Source: an uncultured Verrucomicrobia subdivision 3 bacterium
GTDB lineage: Bacteria; Verrucomicrobiota; Verrucomicrobiia; Limisphaerales; UBA11358
DNA length: 64,000 nt
NCBI GenBank assembly: GCA_903944085.1
Contig: CAJAQO010000215.1
Coordinates: 984 to 64,983 of the forward strand
Reading direction: 5' to 3'
The first letter of the stretch is position 1, and each line of letters starts with the position of its first letter. This document shows positions 37,040-46,287 of the stretch, piece by piece. The translations under genes were made by a program, and so were the position numbers. The notes under the pieces were generated by a model. That model searched no databases. It had not been told where the DNA came from and saw only the letters and a list, made by a program, of their open reading frames with translations.

Positions 37040-38238
37040 GCGGCGGAAAATTTTTTGGGGCCGGTGCCGGCGGCAGACGGCCCGGCCTGGCCGCGCGTGA
37101 GCACGGTGGTGTCTTCCTCGGTGGCCGGCAGATCAATGGACTTGAATGACAGGCGCAAAATGTTTGCCGCGATCTGCTCGGCGGATTTCGGCGCGTGCCA
37201 GAGTTCGAGCGCGGCGTGCATTTTGGCGCGGACGGAATCGTCCTCGACAAGCTCGACCAAAATGGCGGCGATTTTTTCCGGCGTGGAATCTTTTTGTTCG
37301 AGCAGCCGCGCCGCGCCGCTCAGCGCGTAAATCCGCGCATTGAAAAACTGGTGGTTGTCCGCCGCCGTCGGCAGCGGCACGAGCAGTGAAGGCAAGCGCA
37401 TCGCCGCCATTTCCGCGAGCGACGATGCGCCGGCGCGGCTGACCGCAGCGGTCGCGGCACCGAGCGCCAAGTCCATTTCCGCGAAAAACGGTTTGACCAC
37501 GGCCTTGATGCCGGCGGCGGCGTAGGCGGATTTTACTTTTTCAAAATCGTTCGCGCCCGTGAGATGCAGCCACTGCCAGTTTTTCTTCGCCAAGAGCGGC
37601 AACGCGGAAAGCACCATCGTGTTCAGGCCGCTCGCGCCCTGGCTGCCGCCAACCACAAAAATGGTCGGGCGATCCGCATCCAAGCCCAGCGCCACACGAC
37701 ATTCCGCCGGATCGCGGACTTGAAATTGCGGACGCACGGGCGTGCCAGTGGGCGTGACCTTCCGGGCATTGAGCCGCGCGGCGGCTTCGGGAAAACCGAC
37801 GAACGCCTCGTCCACAAAGCGGGCCAGATAACGGTTAGCTTTGCCAGGAATGGTGTTGGATTCGTGCAGAAATGTTTTCACGCCCAGCTCTTTCGCGACA
37901 AAAATCGGCGGCGCGCTGGTAAAGCCGCCCATCGCCAGGACGGCGCTCGGCTTGCGCTGGCAGAAAACCCTTCGCGCGGCAAACAGGGATTTGACAAAGC
38001 TGCCGGCAAAGGAAAAATAATTCCGATTCTGCAAACCAACTGCGGGCAGTGTGAAAATTTCCAAGCCCGCAGCCGACTTCACGCCTTGCTGGTCCACTTC
38101 CTTGGACGAAATGAGCAGCGCCACATCGCAGCCATGCCGCTTGAGTTGCTCGGCGACGGCGAGGCCCGGAAACAGATGTCCGCCCGTGCCGCCACACGCG
38201 ATGGCCACGTAGGGATTTTTTTTGGGATTCGGATTCAT
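37036..38238 (-). CDS. murG: UDP-GlcNAc:lipid I GlcNAc transferase
   Basis: IACGGTGGHLFPGLAVAEQL..., GGSQGA, SRAGASSLAE. Confidence 0.93.
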   Translation of the reverse strand: MNPNPKKNPYVAIACGGTGGHLFPGLAVAEQLKRHGCDVALLISSKEVDQQGVKSAAGLEIFTLPAVGLQNRNYFSFAGSFVKSLFAARRVFCQRKPSAVLAMGGFTSAPPIFVAKELGVKTFLHESNTIPGKANRYLARFVDEAFVGFPEAAARLNARKVTPTGTPVRPQFQVRDPAECRVALGLDADRPTIFVVGGSQGASGLNTMVLSALPLLAKKNWQWLHLTGANDFEKVKSAYAAAGIKAVVKPFFAEMDLALGAATAAVSRAGASSLAEMAAMRLPSLLVPLPTAADNHQFFNARIYALSGAARLLEQKDSTPEKIAAILVELVEDDSVRAKMHAALELWHAPKSAEQIAANILRLSFKSIDLPATEEDTTVLTRGQAGPSAAGTGPKKFSAA

Positions 38239-39404
38239 GCGGCCTTGGCGGCAAAAGGATTGTCGTTGGAATCAAAATCCGTCACGGAAACTTTTGCTGG
38301 CGCGGCCTGCCGAGGAGCGGCTTGGCGCGCAACGCTCAACAGAATGCCGACGCACGCCAACATGACCACCAGACTGGAACCGCCATAGCTGATGAACGGG
38401 AGCGCCAGCCCCTTGTTCGGCAACGCACTGGTGACGACGCCGATGTTGATGGCAGCCTGCAAACTGATGAGCAGCGTGATGCCGGCGGCAAGCAGGGTGC
38501 CAAACATGTCCTGCGCGCGCAGCGCGATGTAAAAACCGCACAGCGCAATGACGACGAATGCGACGATCACTAGCAGCGTCGCCAGCAAACCCAGTTCCTC
38601 GCCGATGATGGAAAAAATAAAATCGGTGTGATGTTCGGGCACCCAGCCAAGTTTCTGGCGGCCGTTGCCCAAGCCGAGGCCCGTCCATCCGCCGGAACCG
38701 AGCGCGATCATGGCCTGATACGCCTGATAGCCCACGTCATCCTTGTGCTGCTCCAAATCCAGCCAACTGAAAATCCGTTTCATCCGCATGGGATTGTGCA
38801 ACAGCATGAGCACGCCGCCCGCCACGACCGCCAGCCCCGGCGGGATGATGAATTTCCATTGCGTGCCGGCCAGCACCAACATGCCGCCGCCGACCACCGC
38901 GAGCAAAATTGTCGTGCCCCAGTCTGGCTCGCGGAAGATCAGCACCAGCTCGGCGGTGATGATGAGAATGGGCAGCACCACGCCCCATTTGAACGTGGGC
39001 ATCCGACGCTGGAAACGGTCGCCATACCAGGCGAGCGCAATGATGAGGGCGATTTTGCCCAACTCCGAAGGTTGCAGACTGACGCCATGAAAACTGAACC
39101 AGCGCCGCGCGTTGCCGCGCACGGTGCCAAGATGTTTTTCCAAAACCAGCGCGAGCAGCAGCAAGGCGAAGATGAAAAACGGCCAGGCGTATTTTTTTAA
39201 CAGTTGATAATCAAGGGATGCCGCCGTCACGCAAAGTCCGAAACCGAGCACGCACCAGATGAGTTGCATCATCAAATAGTGCGCGCCGATTTCAGAGTGG
39301 GTGTGGCTGTCCAGCATCAGCATGCTGGAGCTGTAAAGCATCACCAGCCCCAGCGCGAGGAGGCTGGCGACGCAAAACGCCAAAGTGGTAACGGCGACTT
39401 TCAT
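38235..39404 (-). CDS. ftsW: Peptidoglycan glycosyltransferase FtsW (SEDS family)
   Basis: Polytopic membrane protein, SLQPSELGK, PEHHTDFIFSIIGEELG, LPFISYGGSS; start set at ATG 39404 downstream of the LysM gene stop. Confidence 0.9.
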   Translation of the reverse strand: MKVAVTTLAFCVASLLALGLVMLYSSSMLMLDSHTHSEIGAHYLMMQLIWCVLGFGLCVTAASLDYQLLKKYAWPFFIFALLLLALVLEKHLGTVRGNARRWFSFHGVSLQPSELGKIALIIALAWYGDRFQRRMPTFKWGVVLPILIITAELVLIFREPDWGTTILLAVVGGGMLVLAGTQWKFIIPPGLAVVAGGVLMLLHNPMRMKRIFSWLDLEQHKDDVGYQAYQAMIALGSGGWTGLGLGNGRQKLGWVPEHHTDFIFSIIGEELGLLATLLVIVAFVVIALCGFYIALRAQDMFGTLLAAGITLLISLQAAINIGVVTSALPNKGLALPFISYGGSSLVVMLACVGILLSVARQAAPRQAAPAKVSVTDFDSNDNPFAAKAA

Positions 39405-39441
39405 TTCAATTTTTAAAAAATGCCAGCCGCGTTCAACGCGG

Positions 39442-40224
39442 TTATTTGCCCGGGGCGGAAACCGGGGCGCTCGGAGCCGGCGCGGCAACGGGCGGCAGCA
39501 CCGGCGTGGCGGTGGTGTCCGGCGCGGCGGGTGCCGACGCGGCGGTTTCGGCCTTCGCCGGAATTTTCAACTTGTCGCCGACCTTGATTTTGGTCGTGCT
39601 CAAATTGTTCGCCGCTTGCAATGTCTTGATGGAGATGCCGTGTTTCTTGGCGATCTTGCTGAGCGTGTCACCAGACTTGACGGTGTAAGCTTCGCCGCCA
39701 AGATCCGGCGTGCCAGCCGCAGCGGCCGGCGCGGCCTCGGTGGGCTTCGTGGCGGACGGAATAACCAGCTTCTGTTTGATCTTCAATTTTTTCGGATCCA
39801 CGCCGGGGTTCGCGGCTTCCAGTGCTTTGAGCGACACGCCGTGGGCTTTGGCGATCTTGGCCAAGGTGTCGCCTTGAACGACGGCATAATCCGAGCCGGC
39901 CGTTTCAGCGGTCGGCGGCTGTGGCGGTGGCACGACGACCGGCGGCGGATTGCTCACGACCGGCGGCACCGGCACCGGCGGATTGGTGTCCACGACCGCC
40001 GGTGTGTTGGTCAGTTCCATCGCCAGGGCGTTGGTGTCCACGGCGGGCATCGGATTCAAGTCGTCCTTGGGCTTCTCACGCTGGCAGCCTTGGATGAGCA
40101 TGGCGACGAGGCCGGTGACGCTGACGGCGAGCACGCAGAACACGGCCAGTTTGAGCCGGGAACGGCGCTGACTTTGTTGTTCGAGCAGCGAACCTTTGGG
40201 AACGAACGGATTCGGATTATTCAT
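39442..40224 (-). CDS. Membrane-anchored protein with two LysM domains
   Basis: TM helix LAVFCVLAVSVTGLVAMLI, then YAVVQGDTLAKIAKAHGVSLKALEAANPGV..LKIKQKLVIP and YTVKSGDTLSKIAKKHGISIKTLQAANNL...KVGDKLKIP. Confidence 0.85.
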   Translation of the reverse strand: MNNPNPFVPKGSLLEQQSQRRSRLKLAVFCVLAVSVTGLVAMLIQGCQREKPKDDLNPMPAVDTNALAMELTNTPAVVDTNPPVPVPPVVSNPPPVVVPPPQPPTAETAGSDYAVVQGDTLAKIAKAHGVSLKALEAANPGVDPKKLKIKQKLVIPSATKPTEAAPAAAAGTPDLGGEAYTVKSGDTLSKIAKKHGISIKTLQAANNLSTTKIKVGDKLKIPAKAETAASAPAAPDTTATPVLPPVAAPAPSAPVSAPGK

Positions 40225-40524
40225 ATGTTTGGCGCAAATGCGTCCTAATTTCGAGGTGATGTTTTTGGTTTTGAGTTTTGCGCGGCGGAACTTTCCCTCG
40301 AAAAATTACGCAACGCATTAAATTCACTTTTTTTGTTTTTTTGGGAGACGGACCGGAACCGGTCGCGGGTATGACAACCGGCAGAAAGATGAAATAGTGA
40401 AACACTCTCGCTGGCCGGCGCACGCCTTGCCGCTCTCACGCAAATTGATAGCAACCGCGCGCCCGCCGCGCAAGCAGCAAAGCGCCGTTTTCCAATGTTT
40501 GTTTCGCCATTCATCGCTTTCCGT

Positions 40525-41706
40525 TCACCGCAGTTTCAACGTCGCCAGCGCGACCACCGCGCACAGCACGCACAAAATAAAAAAGCGCATCACCACCTGC
40601 GACTCATGCCAGCCTTTTTTTTCAAAATGATGGTGCAGCGGCGCCATCAAAAAAATCCGCTGCCCCGTGCCGGTTCGGATGCGCGTGAACTTGAACCAGC
40701 TTTTCTGCAAAATCACCGACAAGGCCTCGGCCACAAACACACCGCCCGCGATCACCAGCACAAACGGCTGGTGGATCAGCACCGCCACCATGCCGAACGC
40801 GCCGCCGAGCGCCAGCGAACCGGTGTCGCCCATGAACACCTGCGCCGGATGGCAGTTGAACCACAAAAATCCAAGACCCGCACCGACCAGGGCGGCGCAA
40901 AACACGGTCAGTTCGCCCGCGCCCGACACATACGGGATTTCCAGATACGCCGCCGCTTTCACGTTGCCCGCCAGATACGTGAAAAACAAAAAGACAAAGC
41001 CGACGATCAGCGTGCAGCCGATGGCCAGTCCGTCCAGCCCGTCCGTCAAATTCACCGCGTTCGAGCTGCCCACAATCGCCAGCATCACCACCACGACGCC
41101 CGCCACCGCGCCGACGTGCAGCGGATATTTGAAAAACGGCAGCATCACGCTGGAAACCAAGTTGCATTGCCAGACGCTTTTGGTGCCGAGCAGATGCAGT
41201 TCGCTTTTTGCCGGCAGGTATAACAGATAAATTCCGACGAATGCCGCCAGCGCAAACTGCGTAATCAACTTCACGCGCGGGGGCGTGCCGCCGCCGCTCT
41301 GCTTCAAAATTTTCGCGTAGTCGTCGTAAAATCCCAGCCCGGCCAAAACCAGAACTGACAGCATCGTCAATTCCACCTGCGCATTCCATTGCGCCCACAG
41401 CATCGTTGAAAGCACCAGCGCCAGAACGATCAAAATGCCGCCCATCGTCGGCGTGCCTTTTTTGTTCACCCGCAAAGCCGACAGCCCGGCTTCCTCGGCC
41501 TTGTCGGCGTATTCCTGGCCAAATTTCAATTCCTTCAGCCAGCGAATCACTTTCGGTCCCAGCCACCAGCACAACACCAGCGACGTGATCGCCGCGCCCG
41601 CGCTGCGCACGGTGATGTAGCGGAACAGACGCAGAAACGACAGGCGACTTTCCCAGTCGCTGCCGTGCGCCCACTCCAAAATCCGCTGGCTCAAAAAATA
41701 GAACAT
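40525..41706 (-). CDS. mraY: Phospho-N-acetylmuramoyl-pentapeptide transferase
   Basis: KKGTPTMGG..., NAVNLTDGLDGLA..., FMGDTGSLALGG, PLHHHFE. Confidence 0.95.
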   Translation of the reverse strand: MFYFLSQRILEWAHGSDWESRLSFLRLFRYITVRSAGAAITSLVLCWWLGPKVIRWLKELKFGQEYADKAEEAGLSALRVNKKGTPTMGGILIVLALVLSTMLWAQWNAQVELTMLSVLVLAGLGFYDDYAKILKQSGGGTPPRVKLITQFALAAFVGIYLLYLPAKSELHLLGTKSVWQCNLVSSVMLPFFKYPLHVGAVAGVVVVMLAIVGSSNAVNLTDGLDGLAIGCTLIVGFVFLFFTYLAGNVKAAAYLEIPYVSGAGELTVFCAALVGAGLGFLWFNCHPAQVFMGDTGSLALGGAFGMVAVLIHQPFVLVIAGGVFVAEALSVILQKSWFKFTRIRTGTGQRIFLMAPLHHHFEKKGWHESQVVMRFFILCVLCAVVALATLKLR

Positions 41707-41714
41707 CTTAAAAT

Positions 41715-43151
41715 TTATGACTTCCGACTTTCAATTTGCGATTTTTCCGACCGCAGCGTTTCCGCAATCCGCTCCAGTCGCGACGACCGGGACGCTTTCA
41801 GCAAAACCAAATCGCCCGGCTTCAAAAAATTCTTCACCGCGCGCACCGCCGCTTCCACATCCGCAAATTCAATCACACGAGTCAGCCCGGCGGTGCGCGC
41901 CGCTTGCGCCGTCGCCGCCGAATTTTTTCCGACCGTAAAAAGCTGGCCAATTTTCAATTTGGCCGCATGCCGACCCACTTCCACATGCGCCGGCTCGCTT
42001 TGCGCGCCGAGTTCCGCCATGTCGCCGAGCACCGCCACGCGCCGGCCTTGCAGCGGCAGATCGCACAAGGTTTCCAGCGCGGCGATCATCGAATCCGCGT
42101 TGGCGTTGTAGCAGTCGTCGAGCACGCGCACGCCGTTGGCTTCCCAAAATTGCAGCCGCATTTTCGGCGGCTGGCATTCGGCCAGGCCGCGCTGAATTTC
42201 AGCGCGGCCCAGTCCGAGTTCCTCTCCAGACCCGATCGCAAAAAGCGCATTCGTCACCTGATGCCGGCCGAGCAAATTGATCCGATACTCGCCGCAAAAT
42301 TCCGCCTTCGGCGCCGTGACCTGAAACGTCACGCCGTTTTTATCCAGCCGGACTTTCGTCGCGCGCCAGTCATTTTTTTCGCCGAACCCGACGCGGACAA
42401 CTTTCGCCGGCGTCCGCGCCGCGATTTTTTCCGCCCACTCGCTGTCGCCGTTCAAAAATAATTTTCCATCCGCCGGCAGCAGTTCCGCCAGCCAGCCTTC
42501 TTCCTGCGCCACGCCGGCGACATCGCCGAAAAATTCCAGATGCTCGCGGCCAATGCTCGTGATGAGGCCGAACTTCGGCTGCACCATTTTCACCAGCGGT
42601 GCCAGTTCGCCCGGATGATTCGTGCCGACTTCCAACACCGCCGCCTGGTGGTTTTTTTCCAGTCGCAGCAAAGTCGCCGGCACGCCGATGTCGTTGTTGA
42701 AACTGGCCTCGCTCGAGAGCGTCGCCAGATTCTGGCGCAGCACCGACGCGAGCAATTCCTTCGTCGTCGTCTTGCCGTTCGAGCCGCCGACGGCGATCAC
42801 TGGCAGCGAAAAATCTTTCCGGTAAGCCGCCGCCAGTTTGCCGAACGCGACGCGCACGTCATTCACGGCGAGAATGGCACAATCCGGCAGTGGCACAGGC
42901 ATCTTGCCTGCGTTTTTCTTTGCATCGCACAGGCGAGACGCCTGTGCCACTATTGCCGCCACGCCTTTCGCCGCGACATCATTGATGAAATCGTGGCCGT
43001 CAAACTTTTCCCCTTTGATGGCAAAGAACACATCGCCCGCCTGCGCCAGCCGCGAATCGGTGCAGACATTTTTCACGTTCGTTTCCAGCGCGCCGGATTT
43101 GATTTCGGCGCCGCAGGCTTCCGCCACAAATTTCAAAGAGCGAGCTTCCAC
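41715..43151 (-). CDS. murF: UDP-MurNAc-tripeptide--D-Ala-D-Ala ligase
   Basis: CTDSRLAQAGDVFFAIKGEKFDGHDF, GGSNGKTTTKE, LDDCYNANADSM, VLGDMAELG (MurF rather than MurE signatures). Confidence 0.9.
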   Translation of the reverse strand: MEARSLKFVAEACGAEIKSGALETNVKNVCTDSRLAQAGDVFFAIKGEKFDGHDFINDVAAKGVAAIVAQASRLCDAKKNAGKMPVPLPDCAILAVNDVRVAFGKLAAAYRKDFSLPVIAVGGSNGKTTTKELLASVLRQNLATLSSEASFNNDIGVPATLLRLEKNHQAAVLEVGTNHPGELAPLVKMVQPKFGLITSIGREHLEFFGDVAGVAQEEGWLAELLPADGKLFLNGDSEWAEKIAARTPAKVVRVGFGEKNDWRATKVRLDKNGVTFQVTAPKAEFCGEYRINLLGRHQVTNALFAIGSGEELGLGRAEIQRGLAECQPPKMRLQFWEANGVRVLDDCYNANADSMIAALETLCDLPLQGRRVAVLGDMAELGAQSEPAHVEVGRHAAKLKIGQLFTVGKNSAATAQAARTAGLTRVIEFADVEAAVRAVKNFLKPGDLVLLKASRSSRLERIAETLRSEKSQIESRKS

Positions 43152-43156
43152 AAAAA

Positions 43157-43888
43157 TTATTTCAGCAAAAACGTCGCGGTCACCACCGCCGTGATGGTTT
43201 TCTGGCGCGAGGTGGTGTCATTCAGGCCTTCGCCGCTGGTATCGTTGCTGTGCAACGGCGTGATCTGAAAAATGCCCATGTCCGCATCGTGGAGTTGCGC
43301 GATGCCGCTGCCGCCGTTCGCGGCAATTTGCTCGGCGCGCTCGCGGGCGTTCTTCGTCGCCTCGGCTAGCATCTCAATTTTGGTCTCGCCGACGGTGGTG
43401 TAAATAAACTGCGGCGGCTCGGTGGTGAACAGCAAGCCCTGCTCCACCAGCGGCGTCGAATCCAGATGCTCCAACCGCGCGACATCCGTGGATTCCACGC
43501 GCACGGACTGGTTGAGCCGGAAGCCCGTCGTGCGCTGTTGCGTCCAGCCATCGGCGCTTTTCTGCATGGCGCGCACTTCCTCGATGTTGATGGGGGCAAA
43601 GGAAAAATTCGTCACGCCCGCCTCGCCCAGGAATTTTTCCACGACCGCGTGGTTCGCCTGGATTTTATGCTGCGCGTCCAGCAGCGTCTCCGATTCGACC
43701 ACGAAACTGCCGCGCCAGACGGCCAGATCCGATTCGATGTTTTTCCGCGCCGAACCCTTGACGGTGATGAACTGCGAATTTTTAATTTTCACCCACGCGG
43801 CCGTGCCGAGCATGGCGGAAAAAACCAGGCCGGCGGCCAAAAACAGGCCGGCCAACATGCCGAACAGTTGCGGACGGGATTCGCTCAT
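43157..43888 (-). CDS. SIMPL (DUF541)-like domain protein
   Basis: N-terminal TM helix, ITVKGSARKNIESDLAVWRGSFVVESETLLDAQHKIQAN...; family assignment from memory only. Confidence 0.5.
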   Translation of the reverse strand: MSESRPQLFGMLAGLFLAAGLVFSAMLGTAAWVKIKNSQFITVKGSARKNIESDLAVWRGSFVVESETLLDAQHKIQANHAVVEKFLGEAGVTNFSFAPINIEEVRAMQKSADGWTQQRTTGFRLNQSVRVESTDVARLEHLDSTPLVEQGLLFTTEPPQFIYTTVGETKIEMLAEATKNARERAEQIAANGGSGIAQLHDADMGIFQITPLHSNDTSGEGLNDTTSRQKTITAVVTATFLLK

Positions 43889-45780
43889 GGCGTCAAAATT
43901 CTATGGGAATTGGTTTCGGCGACCAGCGGCGGCAGGTTCGTCGCCAGATTCTGGTCCGGTGCGATATTCAAATAACTCGCGCAGCGCTCCGCGATTTCGC
44001 GAAACACCGGGCCGCAGACTTTGCCGCCATAGTAACCTTCTTTCGGCTCATCCATCACCACGGAAATGCACAGCTCCGGATGGTCCGCCGGGAAAAAACC
44101 GATGAACGACGAAACATATTTTCCGGAAACATAGACGCCGTGCTCCGCTTTTTGCGCCGTCCCGGTTTTGCCGGCGACCACATAATTTTTCAACGCCGCT
44201 TCGGCCGCCGTGCCGTCCTTCGTCGCCACCGTTTTCAGCGCCTCGATCATCTGCTTGCTCGTGGCCGGGGTGATGACCTGGCGGACGCGCTGCGGCGCGT
44301 AGCGCTGCACTATGCTGCCATCGCGCTCCTGCAAGCGGCTGATGATCATCGGCCGCATCAGGCAGCCGCCGTTGGCAATCGCCGCCATCGCATCCAGCAT
44401 CTGCAACCGCGTCACCGCCACGCCGTGGCCCATCGGAATTTGCGCGATGGAAACCTTGCTCCAATTTTTCACCGGATATAAAAAGCCTTTGGCCTCGCCC
44501 GGCAGCGGCAGCCCGGTGCGCTGGCCGAAACCGTAGTTCCATGCGTAATCAAACAGCCCCTGCGCGCCCAGTTTGATGCCGATTTTCGCCGCGCCAATGT
44601 TGGATGATTTGGTGATGATGCCTTCCGCCGACAAAATTCCGTAAGCCTCGTGATCGTGCAACACTCTTCCGGCGAAAGCAAAATGGCCATGCTCGCAATC
44701 GAAGGGATCGGTCAATTTCACCACGCCGTCGTTCAGCGCGCCGGAAACCACGACGATCTTGAAAGTGGAACCCGGCTCGACGACATCCTCAATGACCCGG
44801 TTGCGCGTTTCCGGCGTGATGGTGTTCGGCTTGTTCGGGTCGTAATTCGGCAGCGAGACCATGGCCAGAATTTCGCCGGTGCGCGGCCGCATGACGATGC
44901 CGGTGATGCTCTTCGGCGTGTGCTTTTGCAGCGCGTCCGCCAGCGCAGTTTCGACGATGTGCTGCACCTCCGAGTCAATCGTCAGCACCACGTTCAAGCC
45001 ATCGCGCGCATACACGTCTTCATCGCGCCACGCCACCACTTCGCGCTGCGCCTTGTCGGTTTCCGTCACGCGCCAGCCGGCGACACCGCTCAACTGTTTT
45101 TGCAGTGCGAGTTCGATGCCATCGCGCCCGACGATTTGCGAAACAAACCGGCCGTCAACATTGGTTTCTTCCACCGCCGGAAAACCGACCACCTGCGCGG
45201 CCAGCGGGCCGTTCGGATAAACCCGCAACTGGTCCGCCTCGGAATAAACCGCATGCAGCCGCAGGTTGCGGAAAAATTCCCGGTTCGTCCGTGACAAACT
45301 TTTCTCATCCACGCCAAACGTGAGGTTCGTCATCGCCGCCGCAATGCGCTGCCAGGTTTCTTCCGAAACATTTTTGGCAAGCCGGACGTAATGCGTTTCG
45401 TTGGTGACAATTTCGCCGTCGCTGTCCTTGGCCAGATAGCTGCGCGGCGCGAGCTTTTGCGCCAGCACGGTTTCGTTCAATTGCAACAAAGGCGCGAGCA
45501 CGCGGGCGACCGCCGCCGGCTGATTGCCGATGAGCGACGGATCGGCGCAAATCGTTTTCACCGGCACGCTCGTGGCCAGCACATTTCCGTTCGCATCGAG
45601 AATGTCGCCGCGCCGGGGCGCCTGGCGAAACTCGCGCTGCGTGTTGCGCTGCGCCTTCGCGCTCAACTCGTCGTGGCGCACAATCTGCAAATCCACCAGC
45701 CGGTAGCCCAGACCGGCGAAGGCCAGGCCGAGCAAGCCGAGCAGCAGCGCCGCGCGACGGATTTGCAGTTTGTTGTTCAT
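43885..45780 (-). CDS. ftsI: Penicillin-binding protein 3 (FtsI-type transpeptidase)
   Basis: EPGSTFK, KSSNIG, KTGTA motifs; N-terminal anchor LLLGLLGLAFAGLGY. Confidence 0.92.
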   Translation of the reverse strand: MNNKLQIRRAALLLGLLGLAFAGLGYRLVDLQIVRHDELSAKAQRNTQREFRQAPRRGDILDANGNVLATSVPVKTICADPSLIGNQPAAVARVLAPLLQLNETVLAQKLAPRSYLAKDSDGEIVTNETHYVRLAKNVSEETWQRIAAAMTNLTFGVDEKSLSRTNREFFRNLRLHAVYSEADQLRVYPNGPLAAQVVGFPAVEETNVDGRFVSQIVGRDGIELALQKQLSGVAGWRVTETDKAQREVVAWRDEDVYARDGLNVVLTIDSEVQHIVETALADALQKHTPKSITGIVMRPRTGEILAMVSLPNYDPNKPNTITPETRNRVIEDVVEPGSTFKIVVVSGALNDGVVKLTDPFDCEHGHFAFAGRVLHDHEAYGILSAEGIITKSSNIGAAKIGIKLGAQGLFDYAWNYGFGQRTGLPLPGEAKGFLYPVKNWSKVSIAQIPMGHGVAVTRLQMLDAMAAIANGGCLMRPMIISRLQERDGSIVQRYAPQRVRQVITPATSKQMIEALKTVATKDGTAAEAALKNYVVAGKTGTAQKAEHGVYVSGKYVSSFIGFFPADHPELCISVVMDEPKEGYYGGKVCGPVFREIAERCASYLNIAPDQNLATNLPPLVAETNSHRILTP

Positions 45781-45852
45781 CCTAAAAACGGCCAGCCGCC
45801 CGTGGCGATCGGTTCCTCACCCGACGGCGTCACGAGCGGCGGCCAAAATCGT

Positions 45853-46287
45853 TTATGGCGTCAGGCCGGTCACCGGCCGCTGGGCGAGTTGACGCGCGCT
45901 GCCCGGCTCCGGCGCGACCGGCGTTTCCAAGAGCCGCACGACCTGCAACGGCTGCGCCGGCGCGAGGCCGAGATTCAGCTCCTTTGCCCGCCGGTCAATC
46001 ATCACGGGCGAATGCAGAAACGAAATCTGGTTCGCGAGGTTTTCATTGTCGCGCTTTACTTTGGCGAGACTTTTTTCCCGCTCGCGAATCTGCATGCCCA
46101 GCCGGTCAATCTGGTTTTTCTGCCAGACATAGCCAATCGCCGAGCCGCCAATCAACAAACACAGCAAAACAACCTTCAGCACCGGACCGAACCGGATTTC
46201 TGCGGACTGATTTTTTCGATTCTTCGACATTTTTTGTGGCGGCGCTTCAGGAGCGTCGCAGTTTTCAGCGGTCACCGACCGCCGCAA
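45853..46287 (-). CDS. FtsL-like cell division protein
   Basis: TM helix VLKVVLLCLLIGGSAIGYVW followed by a coiled coil QIDRLGMQIREREKSLAKVKRDNENLANQIS and ...AKELNLGL; conserved position between rsmH and ftsI. Confidence 0.7.
   Translation of the reverse strand: MRRSVTAENCDAPEAPPQKMSKNRKNQSAEIRFGPVLKVVLLCLLIGGSAIGYVWQKNQIDRLGMQIREREKSLAKVKRDNENLANQISFLHSPVMIDRRAKELNLGLAPAQPLQVVRLLETPVAPEPGSARQLAQRPVTGLTP

Noticed and set aside
40328-40364. T-tract plus GC palindrome (GACCGGAACCGGTC) as the mraY terminator
   Set aside because: On the gene strand (minus) the palindrome is followed by an A-run, not a U-run. The T-run precedes the hairpin only on the plus strand, where no gene ends. The geometry is wrong for an intrinsic terminator in either direction.
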